A stretch of DNA of 32,216 nucleotides. Origin: a virus. Its lineage: Duplodnaviria > Caudoviricetes. The notes below the pieces were generated by a model that ran no database searches, was not told the origin of the DNA, and saw nothing but the letters and a program-made list of their open reading frames with translations. The translations under genes and the position numbers were made by a program. This document shows, piece after piece, positions 7,912-16,684 of the stretch (position 1 is its first letter; every line of letters begins with the position of its first letter). The stretch lies in IMG/VR virus record IMGVR_UViG_3300037422_000683, positions 1 to 32,216 of that record. The stretch is one strand, 5' to 3'.

Positions 7912-8232
7912 TCAGGCCCTGCGGCGCGGGCGACGCCTCGCAGGTTGGGCCCACGGGCGCGGCGGCTCGGGTGGCTTCTCGCGTGAGCGTTTCGCTGCCA
8001 TGAGGCGCTCACGCTCCCACGCGACGACCGCGGCCTCCAGCGCGCGCCGGTACAGGCCGGTCGGCGTTCTCCCGTTCGGGTTGCCGGGCCAAACCAGCCG
8101 CAGCGCCCACGCCTGGACGACGCGTTGGGACGCCCCGGTCGCAGCCGAGACCTCGCCGCTCGACACCGCGAGCAGATACTTGCGCAGCCGATCGTCGAAC
8201 GTCGTTGCGATCGCGGGGCTCACCATGACCAC
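7912..8232 (-). CDS. Helix-turn-helix DNA-binding protein (XRE/Cro-like), about 105 aa
   Basis: EVSAATGASQRVVQAW HTH pattern followed by GRTPTG; TACGAT -10 box 6 nt before GTG 8232 (alternative ATG 8226); divergent from the terS-like gene. Confidence 0.6.
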   Translation of the reverse strand: MVMVSPAIATTFDDRLRKYLLAVSSGEVSAATGASQRVVQAWALRLVWPGNPNGRTPTGLYRRALEAAVVAWERERLMAAKRSREKPPEPPRPWAQPARRRPRRRA

Positions 8233-8264
8233 AGGAGCATCGTAGGCTCGTCGGAGGCGCTTCC

Positions 8265-8810
8265 ATGGTGTCCCTACCCGATCCTCACCCGCCCGCATCC
8301 GCGAAGTCAGCCGCGGTGTTGCGTCGTGACCGACGACTGCGAGCCGAGGAGCTGCGGCTCGACGGCTACCACGACAAGCGCGTGATCGCGATGGTGTCCG
8401 AGCAGTTCGGGGTGAGCGCGTGCACGGTCAAGAACGACCTCCGCGTGGTGCGCCGTCAGTGGGCGCGCGAGGACGCCAAGCACAGCCGCGAGCGCCGGCA
8501 GCGCGTGATCCGCGGGCTCGAGCGCGTGGCGCGGCGCGCGTCGGACTGCGGCGACCTGGCCGTGGCGCGGCAGGCGCTGCGCGACATCGGCTACCTGCTG
8601 GGCATGGGCCCGCGCTACCAGCTCGACGTGAACGTGGGCGGCAAGGTGACGCACGTGCACCAGGTCGCGGACCCCGGCGCGTGGCTGCCGGACTTCGTGA
8701 CGGCGTTGAGCGAGCTGGGCCTGCTTCAGCAGGTGGTGCCCGCGCAGGTCCTGCCGGCGCAGACGAACGGACACGAGTCCAAGGCGGAGGGGAACGGGCA
8801 TGCTGCGTAG
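8265..8810 (+). CDS. Putative terminase small subunit (N-terminal HTH)
   Basis: RRLRAEELRLDGY...FGVSACTVKNDL HTH, helical core ending YLLG, then LDVNVGGKV strand; GGAGG RBS; upstream of terL. Confidence 0.65.
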   Translation: MVSLPDPHPPASAKSAAVLRRDRRLRAEELRLDGYHDKRVIAMVSEQFGVSACTVKNDLRVVRRQWAREDAKHSRERRQRVIRGLERVARRASDCGDLAVARQALRDIGYLLGMGPRYQLDVNVGGKVTHVHQVADPGAWLPDFVTALSELGLLQQVVPAQVLPAQTNGHESKAEGNGHAA

Positions 8811-9237
8811 GGCGCGCACACCTCGGCGAGTCAAGTACACGACGGAGGACGTGTTGCGCCAGCAGCTGGCCAACACAGTCGCGGCGTCGGAGGTCATTCG
8901 TCGCGAGCAGGCCGCAGAGCGCGCAAGGCACCAGACGGATCTCGCCCGCTTGGGACAGCAGATCGCCGTCCTGAGTCACGACCTGGAGCGTGAGAGCGGC
9001 GAGGCTGCGCGATTGCGGGAGCGGGCCGCGGACGCGGACTACTGGGAACGGCGCTGCGGCGAGGCGGTGGACCAGTCGCGCCGCCTGCGGGGCCTTGCGG
9101 TTGCGTTGGCACAGAACTGGGCACCGGACCTCGCGGCGCTCGGGTCGCACTCGGTGACGCGTTCGAGGCGCAAGGCGATCGCCGCCGGCATGGAGTTCGA
9201 CTTGAAGGCGCTGCGGAAGGCTTGCGGAAATGAGTGA
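8800..9237 (+). CDS. Coiled-coil hypothetical protein, 145 aa
   Basis: Overlaps neighbours at both ends; helical heptad-like composition. Confidence 0.6.
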   Translation: MLRRARTPRRVKYTTEDVLRQQLANTVAASEVIRREQAAERARHQTDLARLGQQIAVLSHDLERESGEAARLRERAADADYWERRCGEAVDQSRRLRGLAVALAQNWAPDLAALGSHSVTRSRRKAIAAGMEFDLKALRKACGNE

Positions 9238-9502
9238 CCCCCACGACACCCGGCAGGCCGTCGAAGAGGCGCGGCTCCAAGGGCTGCGCGTGGAGGGCGC
9301 GGCGACGGGGCTCTGTGCGTCGTGCCGGCACGCCACCGTCACCGTGTGCGAGATCCCGGCGGAGCGCGACGGCGACGCGTCGTGGAAACCGCCGACGGTG
9401 CTCAGCATCGCGCGGTGCGCGGGGCCGCGCTCGGCGTTCACCGTCGTCACGTGGCGCGTGATCGCGTGCGCCGAGTTCGCGTCGCCGACGGCGGAGGCGT
9501 GA
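9230..9502 (+). CDS. Cys-rich hypothetical protein, 90 aa
   Basis: GLCASCRHA...C...C.EF pattern; overlaps neighbours. Confidence 0.65.
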   Translation: MSDPHDTRQAVEEARLQGLRVEGAATGLCASCRHATVTVCEIPAERDGDASWKPPTVLSIARCAGPRSAFTVVTWRVIACAEFASPTAEA

Positions 9503-9792
9503 CCGTGACCGCGTGGCGCCCCGGCCTCCCGCCCGTCGGCGTCGTGTGCGACCTCGCTCACAGCGAGGAGCAGCAGACGATGGACGATGACGGCGAGTGG
9601 GGCGCCCCCGTGACGGTGCGCGTCGTGTGGAAGTTCGCTCGCGTGCTGGCCGAGGTGGACGGGGGCGACCTGGTCGTGCAGCACCTGCTCGACAACGCGC
9701 CCCGTGGCGTGCTCCCGCGACTCACGCGCGTCTACCGCGCTCAAGCGGCGACGTTCGAGTGGCGGCCGATTAAGATTCCTGACCATGTCTAA
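9499..9792 (+). CDS. Hypothetical protein, about 97 aa
   Basis: GGAGG RBS, GTGA overlap, coding-like codon bias. Confidence 0.6.
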   Translation: MTVTAWRPGLPPVGVVCDLAHSEEQQTMDDDGEWGAPVTVRVVWKFARVLAEVDGGDLVVQHLLDNAPRGVLPRLTRVYRAQAATFEWRPIKIPDHV

Positions 9793-10015
9793 CATCTCCG
9801 CTCCGCTCCCCGGTTGGGCTCGCGCGTTGGCGATGAGGGCGCTACGTGGCCGCGCCGTCTTCGTCTACGACGAGCGCGTGGACATCGACTCCACGCGCCG
9901 GCGCAAGGTCAAGGCCGCACTGCCAATGGCGCGGCACCGCCCGATCAGCGTGAGTCTTCCGCGCAGAGCGAGCACCGCCCTCGGCGCGTGGTTCGATGTT
10001 CGCGACCACGCCTGA
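9785..10015 (+). CDS. Basic hypothetical protein, 76 aa
   Basis: Fills gap with overlaps at both ends; no recognisable motif. Confidence 0.45.
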   Translation: MSNISAPLPGWARALAMRALRGRAVFVYDERVDIDSTRRRKVKAALPMARHRPISVSLPRRASTALGAWFDVRDHA

Positions 10016-10355
10016 CACGCCCGACCCGGTCCCCGACACGGTGCTGTGGGAGTGGGGCGGCGGGGCTCCAGACGGCTTCATGGTCCCCGTGCCGCGCGCG
10101 ACGCATGAGGTGGCCGCCGTCATAAGCGAGCGCGCACGGTGCGCGTCTGAGCTGCTGGCGTTGCGCGACGCCGTGCGCGCTCTCGTGGTGGACGCGCAGC
10201 CGGTCTACACGTCGCACGGCTGCGACGGTTCGCAGACGTGCCTGTGTCCCGAGGTGTGCGTGTACTGCTCGGCCAAGCGCGAATTCCATAGCCGCGGTCC
10301 GATGGAGCACGAGCCGACCTGCCCCGTCCTCGCGGCGCGCGCGCACCTTCCGTGA
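9996..10355 (+). CDS. Hypothetical protein with C-terminal Zn-finger-like motif, 119 aa
   Basis: CVYC...EHEPTCPV motif; GTGA overlap with terL. Confidence 0.6.
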   Translation: MFATTPDTPDPVPDTVLWEWGGGAPDGFMVPVPRATHEVAAVISERARCASELLALRDAVRALVVDAQPVYTSHGCDGSQTCLCPEVCVYCSAKREFHSRGPMEHEPTCPVLAARAHLP

Positions 10356-11752
10356 AGGACCCCGCCACCATCGCAGCCGACGTGCTCAAGCGCGTGCGCG
10401 TGAACAAGTACATGGCGCACACGCCGCACCCGCGGCAGGCCGCGTTCCTGCTGCTGCCCAACCAGGAGGCGCTCTTCGGCGGGGCCGCGCGCGGTGGCAA
10501 GACGGACTGCCTGCTCATGGCCGCGCTTCAGTACGTGGACGTGCCGGGCTACAGCGCGGTCATCTTCCGTCGCACGTACCCGCAGCTCATGGCGGCCGGC
10601 GGCGTGATCCCGCGCTCGAAGGAGTGGCTCGGCGGAACAGACGCCACCTTCAACGAGGGCCAGAAGCTGTGGACGTTCCCCTCGGGCGCCGAGCTGCGGT
10701 TCGCGCACTGCCAGCACCTCAAGGACGTCGAGGCGCACGAGCGCGGGCCCGAGTACCAGTTCATCGGGTGGGACGAGCTCACCACGTTTCAGAAGGCCAT
10801 GTACGAGCGCATCAACGGCTCGCGCCTCAGTCGCCCCTCGTCGGGCCCGCTCTCGCGCGTGCCGCTCCGGGTGCGCGGTGGAACCAACCCGGGCGGCGAG
10901 GGGCACGAGTGGGTCAAGCGCCACTTCCTGACCGAGGGCGCCAAGCACGGGCGCGTGTTCCTGCGCTCGCTGCTGCGCGACAACCCGAGCGTGGACGCGA
11001 GGGCGTACCTGGCGAGCCTTGAGATGCTCGACCCCGTGAGCCAGGCGCGCATGCGCGACGGTGACTGGGACGTCGTGCCGGGCGGAGACTTCTTCCGGCA
11101 GGAGTGGTTCGAGGTGCTGGCCGCGGCGCCGGCGGTCGAGCAGCGCGTGCGCTTCTGGGACTGCGCGGCTTCGACGAACCAGGACAACGCGCGCACCGCG
11201 GGCGTGCTCATGGGGCGCACGGCCAAGGGGCAGTTCCCGATCCTGGACGTGGACGCGTTCTGGCTCGGTCCCACGGAGCGCGACCAGCGGATCGTCGCCC
11301 AGGCCCACATCGACGGGCGCGAGGTGCCGATCCGCATCGAGCACGAGCCGGGCGGTGGTGGCGTGCACCAGGCGCAGGACCAGGTGCGCATGCTGGCGGG
11401 CTTCGACGTCGAGGTGGTGAGGCCGCTGGGGTCGAAGCCCGAGCGCGCGTCGCCGCTCGCGCGCCAGGTGAAGGCCGGCAACGTGCCGCTCGTGTCAAGC
11501 GGCGACTGGGTCGGGGCGTTTCTGGCCGAGGTGTGCGCGTTCCCGAACATCCGTCTGAAGGACCAGGTGGACGCGGCGTCGGGGGCGTTCCTGCACCTGA
11601 CGCAGTTCGGGCCGATCACGGCGACCTCGAGCGCGCGGCCGGCGCAGGCGGCGAGCGATGGCGAGGCCCCCGAGGCCGAGACAGGGCGCGCGGCGCCGCG
11701 CCTGACGTGGGCGGGGGCCAGCGATCCGCGGCGAGGGCGGCTGTTCCGGTAG
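10352..11752 (+). CDS. terL: Terminase large subunit
   Basis: PHPRQ, Walker A FGGAARGGKT, IFRRTYPQL, Walker B FIGWDEL, coupling motif GTNPGG, DNP, nuclease RFWD, IEHEPG, KDQVDAAS. Confidence 0.96.
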   Translation: MKDPATIAADVLKRVRVNKYMAHTPHPRQAAFLLLPNQEALFGGAARGGKTDCLLMAALQYVDVPGYSAVIFRRTYPQLMAAGGVIPRSKEWLGGTDATFNEGQKLWTFPSGAELRFAHCQHLKDVEAHERGPEYQFIGWDELTTFQKAMYERINGSRLSRPSSGPLSRVPLRVRGGTNPGGEGHEWVKRHFLTEGAKHGRVFLRSLLRDNPSVDARAYLASLEMLDPVSQARMRDGDWDVVPGGDFFRQEWFEVLAAAPAVEQRVRFWDCAASTNQDNARTAGVLMGRTAKGQFPILDVDAFWLGPTERDQRIVAQAHIDGREVPIRIEHEPGGGGVHQAQDQVRMLAGFDVEVVRPLGSKPERASPLARQVKAGNVPLVSSGDWVGAFLAEVCAFPNIRLKDQVDAASGAFLHLTQFGPITATSSARPAQAASDGEAPEAETGRAAPRLTWAGASDPRRGRLFR

Positions 11753-11759
11753 CCCACCC

Positions 11760-11835
11760 GCGCACGCGTGCGCATTCCACCCGGCGCGGGGCCGAGCGCA
11801 TCGCCGCCCGCGCTGCTGGCCGTAGGGTCGGCGCC
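11760..11835 (+). promoter_or_regulatory. Late-promoter module 1 (portal): palindrome plus -35/-10, leaderless
   Basis: GCGCACGCGTGCGC 11760-11773, 27 nt, TCGCCG 11801-11806, 16 nt, TAGGGT 11823-11828, 7 nt, ATG 11836. Confidence 0.75.
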
Positions 11836-13335
11836 ATGTGGCCCTTCCGCCGCGCCTCCGTTGGCGCCGTCACCAGCGCGCGCGTGACCGAGTCCGCAGC
11901 CTCGGACCGCGAGAAGTGGATCCGCGACGCGGACGGCGTCGGGCCGCAGGGCGGCGGCTCGGGACGGGACCTTCCCGACGCCCAGCGCGTGCGAGCGGTG
12001 CGCAAGTCGCGCCACGAGTACGACAAGGCCGCCGTCTACGGCGGGGTCCTGGACCGCTTCATCGACTTCGTGCTGGGCGACGGCATCGTGATCAAGGCCA
12101 AGAACCCGACGGTCGATGCCTGGTTGCAGAAGCAGCTCGAGCGCGGCTGGTACGGCCGCGAGCGCCGCCACATCGAGGCGCTGTTCGTGGACGGCGAGCG
12201 GCTGATCGTGGTGCGGGCGCCGCAGCGCAGCGAGGGCACGCCCATCGGCGAGGTGCGCATCGGCACCATGGACGTGCTCGACGTGCAGAAGGTGCTCGTC
12301 AACCGCCTGGACGTCGAGGAGGTCGTGGCGCTCGAGGTGGGTCAGGAGACCGGCGGGAGCGTACCGGTCCCGCTGGTGCGCGACGAGGAACCGGTGCCGC
12401 CGCAGCAGTTCGCCCCGGCCGATCCCAAGTCGGGCCCGGTCATGTTCGGGATCGGGGCGTTCTGGCGCGTGAACCAGCGCGGCGCGCGCGGCGTGCCGGT
12501 GCTGCTGCGCACGCTCGACCACGCGGCCGACCTGGACAACCTCGTGGCGGGCCTCGTGGCGCAGCTCGAGTACGTGCGGCGGCTGTGGCTGCACGCCACC
12601 GTGGCGATGCAGGACGACACGGGGGCGGACGGTAAGTCCGGGAAGTTCCCCAAGCTGGCCGCCGACATCAAGGCGTGGGCGACGTCGATGCAGCCCGGCG
12701 AGGTCCTGGTGACCTCGGGCGGCGAACAGGGCGTGAAGGTCAGCGCCGTGGCGCCGGACATGAAGCTGGCCGACGCCAAGGCGCTCTACGACGTGGTCCT
12801 CGAGATGTGCCTGGGCGGGCACGGCATCCCCAAGATGTGGTTCGGGTCTGGCGGGGAAACCAACCGCGCGACCGCAGCAGAGCAGGGCACGCCGATCTTC
12901 CGCGCGATCCAGTCGCGCCAGGCCGAGGTGCGCGTCAACGTCGAGATGCTCGTGCGCGCGATCTTCACGATGGGGGAGGCCGCGGGCGTCGAGGGCGTGA
13001 CGGCAGACGCCGAGGTCGAAGTCACGATGGCGACCGTGGCGACGCGCGACTCCGAGCGCGACGTGCGGGAGATCGCCGCGCTGGGGGCCGCTCTCCAGGT
13101 CGCCGTGGACCGCGGCGCGATCAGCGAGGACGAGGCGGCCGCGATGCTGCGCGAGGTGCTGAAGAGCAAGACCTTCGGCGCTCGTCTCGTGGGGAACGCA
13201 CCCAAGCCCGAGGAGCCGAAGGTGCCGGACGCGTTCGTTCCTGGCGCGGGTTCGCCGGGCGCGCCGAAGCCTCCCGAGGAGCCGCCCGCGCGCAGCACCG
13301 AGTCGCGCAGGCGTCGTCGCACCAAGGCGGCGTAG
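11836..13335 (+). CDS. Portal protein, 499 aa
   Basis: Position after terL; MWPF start; FVLGDGI, LFVDGE, RGVPVL, GIPKMWFGSGGETNRATA motifs typical of phage portals. Confidence 0.9.
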   Translation: MWPFRRASVGAVTSARVTESAASDREKWIRDADGVGPQGGGSGRDLPDAQRVRAVRKSRHEYDKAAVYGGVLDRFIDFVLGDGIVIKAKNPTVDAWLQKQLERGWYGRERRHIEALFVDGERLIVVRAPQRSEGTPIGEVRIGTMDVLDVQKVLVNRLDVEEVVALEVGQETGGSVPVPLVRDEEPVPPQQFAPADPKSGPVMFGIGAFWRVNQRGARGVPVLLRTLDHAADLDNLVAGLVAQLEYVRRLWLHATVAMQDDTGADGKSGKFPKLAADIKAWATSMQPGEVLVTSGGEQGVKVSAVAPDMKLADAKALYDVVLEMCLGGHGIPKMWFGSGGETNRATAAEQGTPIFRAIQSRQAEVRVNVEMLVRAIFTMGEAAGVEGVTADAEVEVTMATVATRDSERDVREIAALGAALQVAVDRGAISEDEAAAMLREVLKSKTFGARLVGNAPKPEEPKVPDAFVPGAGSPGAPKPPEEPPARSTESRRRRRTKAA

Positions 13336-13338
13336 GCC

Positions 13339-14220
13339 GTGTCCTACGACGACCTGTCCCGGCTCACCAAGGCCGAGGTCGAGAAGGCGCTCGCCCCGCT
13401 GCGCCGCGCGCATGCGCGCATCGAGGCGATTCTCAAGAGCGGCGCCGCCACCGACTTCGACACGTTCCAGGCGCTGACCAAGAAGGAGGCGCTCCAGCAG
13501 GAGATGGACCGGCTCGAGGGCGAGCTCTTGAAACGCGTCCAGGGCGGTGCCGAGCGCATGGCCGACGCGACGGTGAAGCGCGCGCAGCAGCAGGCAGCGC
13601 CAGACGCCGGGCCCGCGCTCGGGCTCTCCGTGGACGCGGGCGCGGTGCGCAGGGCGCAGATGGACGCGGCGAGCGAGGTGGTGGGTGTGTCCAAGAGCGT
13701 GCGCACGGCGCTCAACGTCGCCGTCGTGGATGCGCTCACGGGCGCCAGCGACCGGCCCGCGTTCGAGAAGGCCGTGCGGGATGCGATGGGCCCCGACGTG
13801 CTCGAGCACCGCGTCGAGCGCATCGCGCGCACCGAGCTCAGCAAGGCCTACATGGGCCAGCAGGCCGCCAACGACCGGGTGCTGGCCCGAGCGCCGGGCG
13901 TGGATCTCATCAAGCGCTGGGTGAAGTCGGGCAAGGGAACGGGCCGCAGCCGCCCCGAGCACGACGCCATGCACGGCCAGGAGCGCGAGCTCGACGAGGA
14001 CTTCGACATGGGCGGCGGTGCGACGGCCGCGACCCCGCCCGGCGGCGGGCTGTACCGCTGCGCGGGGCCGCTGGACCCGCGGCTGCCGGCCTCCATGGTC
14101 GTGCACTGCGGATGCGACGTGGTGCGCGTTGCGCGTGAGGAAGCGCAGCAGGCCTACATCTCCAAGGAGCCGCGGAGCGTCCTCGCAGAGGCAGCCGAAC
14201 CCGCGGAGAGCGCGTCGTAG
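13339..14220 (+). CDS. MuF / SPP1 gp7-family head morphogenesis (minor capsid) protein
   Basis: RVERIARTE, KRW, RPEHDAMHGQ, VHCGC motifs; position after portal; no C-terminal toxin extension. Confidence 0.9.
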   Translation: MSYDDLSRLTKAEVEKALAPLRRAHARIEAILKSGAATDFDTFQALTKKEALQQEMDRLEGELLKRVQGGAERMADATVKRAQQQAAPDAGPALGLSVDAGAVRRAQMDAASEVVGVSKSVRTALNVAVVDALTGASDRPAFEKAVRDAMGPDVLEHRVERIARTELSKAYMGQQAANDRVLARAPGVDLIKRWVKSGKGTGRSRPEHDAMHGQERELDEDFDMGGGATAATPPGGGLYRCAGPLDPRLPASMVVHCGCDVVRVAREEAQQAYISKEPRSVLAEAAEPAESAS

Positions 14221-14226
14221 GGCCGC

Positions 14227-14302
14227 GCGCACGCGTGCGCAATCGTGTTCGGGATGCTCATCGTCCGTTGCGCGACCGCCACGCGCCTCTAGCGTCCCGT
14301 GC
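14227..14302 (+). promoter_or_regulatory. Late-promoter module 2 (protease-capsid): palindrome plus -35/-10, leaderless
   Basis: GCGCACGCGTGCGC 14227-14240, 27 nt, TTGCGC 14268-14273, 16 nt, TAGCGT 14290-14295, 7 nt, GTG 14303. Confidence 0.75.
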
Positions 14303-16585
14303 GTGACCTGGTCGAGCCGCATCACAGCAAGCGCGAGCGCCCCCGGCGTGTGGCGCGTCGTGCTCATCCGCGCCGGCCGCTCCATGAACGGTCGCGAGTA
14401 CCCGGCCGCGGACCTCCAGCGCGCCGTCGAGTCGCGCCTGTTCGAGGGCCGCCCGGCGATGGCGTTCCGCAAGGTGAGCGCGAGCGGCGCGGTCGAGTTC
14501 GACCACGTGCTGCCCGACTCCCTGGTGGGCCGCACGGTCGCCAACCAGGTCGGCTTCTACCGCGGCACGCGCTGGAACGAGTCGGAGCAGCAGGTCGAGG
14601 GCGAGCTGCACCTGCTGCTCGACACGCCCGACGGCCGCCGCATCGACGAGCACCTGCGCGCGCTGGAGTCCAAGGGCGCGCTCGACTCGCTCGGTCTCAG
14701 CATCGACGGCGAGGGCCCGCAGGACGCGGCCGGTCGCGTTCGCCTCTCGCACATCACCAGCGTGGACCTGGTCAGCCATCCCTCAGCGGGTGGGGCCGTC
14801 CAGCATCGCATCGCTGCCTCGCGCAGCTTCGGAGCACTCCCCATGCGCACGCTTCTCGCCCTGCTCGTCGCCGGTCACCCTCGCCTCGTGGAGGGCTACA
14901 CCGGCGCGGCCACCAACGCGTTCGGCATCTCGCGCCACATCCTGGCGCGGGCGAAGGCCGACGCGGCGATCGCCGACGTCCTGTCCCAGGCCATCGGCGG
15001 GACCGGCGAGGCCAAGCGCTTCACCGAGTCCAAGGACGAGTTCGGCCTGCTGGCCGAGATCTCGGACCTGTGCTCGCGCCTGACCGAGGCGGAGACCGCC
15101 GACGTCGCCAAGCGCGCGAAGGAGGCCTCGGACGCCGAGGAGGCGCGCCGGGTCGCGGAGGCCGCGAAGGCCAAGGGCACGCCCGAGGGCGGGACCACGC
15201 CCAACGCCGAGGACAAGGCGGCGATCGCCGAGCTCAAGAAGCAGATGCAGGAGTCGCGCGTGACCGAGAGCCGCACGCGCCTGAACGCAGCCGCCGTCGC
15301 CGCGAAGCTGCCGGCCAAGGCCGTGGCCTCGCTGCTGTCCCAGCACGGCGGTCGCTTCCTGGAGGCCGGTGAGGAGACGCGCCTGGTCGAGGCGCAGCGC
15401 GCGGTGATCGACGACGCGATCGCGGCTGCCGGCGGCACCGCGACGATCGTGCGTGAGAGCAACGATCGCACGCGCGACCTGCTGGCGCACGTGTTCAACC
15501 CGCACCAGGTGCCGGCTCCGAAGGAGGGCGTCCCGAGCTACGCCTTCGACGGCGTCGCGCTGGTCGAGCGCCACCTCTGCGGCGGCGTGCGGTTGCAGGA
15601 GGCGCTCTACGGCGGCTCCGAGGGCAAGCGCCGGATCCGCGAGGCCGTGGACAGCACGACCTCGGCGAAGACCCTCCAGGACGCGATGAACATCGCGCTG
15701 CTCGCGGCCTACGTCGGCCACCACGCCTACGACGGCTGGCAGAAGATCGTGCGCAAGACGACGCTGCCGAACTTCCGCACGGCCCACATCGTGAAGGTGC
15801 CGTACTACGGCAACCTGCCCGTGGTGACCAAGGGCTCGCCCTACCAGGCGATCAGCACCACGACCGAGACCGAGGAGACGCTGGCCCTCGTGAAGTACGG
15901 GGCGCTCGAGTCGATCCTCCTCGAGGACGTCCTCAACGGCGACTTCATCGACCTGTGGCAGCAGCGCCTCCAGCGCCTGGGCCGCGCCGCCATGGAGACC
16001 CGCTCCGAGGTGGTGCACGCGCTGCACCGCGACGCGACGATGCCGACGATGGGCGCCGACTCCAAGACGCTCACGGACTCGACGCGCTCGCCCGCCAACG
16101 AGGGCACGTCGGTCATGTCCACGACGCTGGCCACGGCCATCGCGACGGTCATGGAGGCGATCACGGGCATGATGGCCGCGACCGGCGGCTCCGGCGTCGC
16201 CAAGGGCCTGGTCCCGCGCTTCGTCGTGCTGCCCAAGGAGAAGATCGCGGCCTACAACGCCGTGATCCAGGGCATCGCGGGCGGCAACGCGGGCGTGGAC
16301 GTCGCCGCGATGATCAAGCGGATGGGCTGGTACATCCCCGAGCCCATCGTCGATCTGCGCACGACCAACGCCTTCGACCACTACTTCTTCGCCGACCCGA
16401 ACGAGGCCGAGGTGATCCGCTTCGCCGAGCTCGCCGGGCGCAGCGGTCCGCGGATCACGATCGCCGACGAGCTCTCCTTCGGCGCCATGTTCACGAACGA
16501 CAAGCTCGAGGCCAAGATCGACGACGTCTTCGCCGCGGGCGCCGTGGACTTCGCCGGCATCTACGGCAACGACGCCGGCAGCTAG
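14303..16585 (+). CDS. Fused prohead protease - scaffold - major capsid protein (HK97 fold, Mu gpT-like C-terminus), about 760 aa
   Basis: N-terminal VLIRAGRSMNGREYP / FDH / GLSIDGEG / SVDLVSHPSAGG protease motifs; Ala/Glu/Lys-rich scaffold; C-terminal PRFVVLP and FTNDKLEAKIDDVFAAGAVDFAGIY capsid motifs; possible internal start ATG 14843 with GGAG RBS. Confidence 0.9.
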   Translation: MTWSSRITASASAPGVWRVVLIRAGRSMNGREYPAADLQRAVESRLFEGRPAMAFRKVSASGAVEFDHVLPDSLVGRTVANQVGFYRGTRWNESEQQVEGELHLLLDTPDGRRIDEHLRALESKGALDSLGLSIDGEGPQDAAGRVRLSHITSVDLVSHPSAGGAVQHRIAASRSFGALPMRTLLALLVAGHPRLVEGYTGAATNAFGISRHILARAKADAAIADVLSQAIGGTGEAKRFTESKDEFGLLAEISDLCSRLTEAETADVAKRAKEASDAEEARRVAEAAKAKGTPEGGTTPNAEDKAAIAELKKQMQESRVTESRTRLNAAAVAAKLPAKAVASLLSQHGGRFLEAGEETRLVEAQRAVIDDAIAAAGGTATIVRESNDRTRDLLAHVFNPHQVPAPKEGVPSYAFDGVALVERHLCGGVRLQEALYGGSEGKRRIREAVDSTTSAKTLQDAMNIALLAAYVGHHAYDGWQKIVRKTTLPNFRTAHIVKVPYYGNLPVVTKGSPYQAISTTTETEETLALVKYGALESILLEDVLNGDFIDLWQQRLQRLGRAAMETRSEVVHALHRDATMPTMGADSKTLTDSTRSPANEGTSVMSTTLATAIATVMEAITGMMAATGGSGVAKGLVPRFVVLPKEKIAAYNAVIQGIAGGNAGVDVAAMIKRMGWYIPEPIVDLRTTNAFDHYFFADPNEAEVIRFAELAGRSGPRITIADELSFGAMFTNDKLEAKIDDVFAAGAVDFAGIYGNDAGS

Positions 16586-16600
16586 CCCTGACCCCACGAC

Positions 16601-16631
16601 GGGCCCGGGGCGCGCGGGGCGCTCCGGGTCC
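16601..16631 (+). other. 13-bp GC hairpin after the capsid gene (no U-tract)
   Basis: GGGCCCGGGGCGC-GCGGG-GCGCTCCGGGTCC with two G-U pairs. Confidence 0.55.
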
Positions 16632-16684
16632 GCCCGACCAAGCCCCGCCGACCTTCGGACCTTCGCCTTCCTGGAGTCCCTCCC

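Noticed and set aside
7811-8245. 144-aa plus-strand Arg-rich ORF
   Set aside because: No motif or RBS and poor codon bias; the opposite strand gives an HTH pattern with a -10 box
13339-14220. MuF-fused polymorphic toxin
   Set aside because: Protein ends about 35 aa after the HCGC motif; no toxin domain or immunity gene
10789-14544. 1251-aa minus-strand ORF and other long antisense ORFs (e.g. 14783-17140, 20521-22440, 25905-28130)
   Set aside because: Shadow ORFs of high-GC3 plus-strand genes; no motifs, and they lie wholly opposite well-supported structural genes
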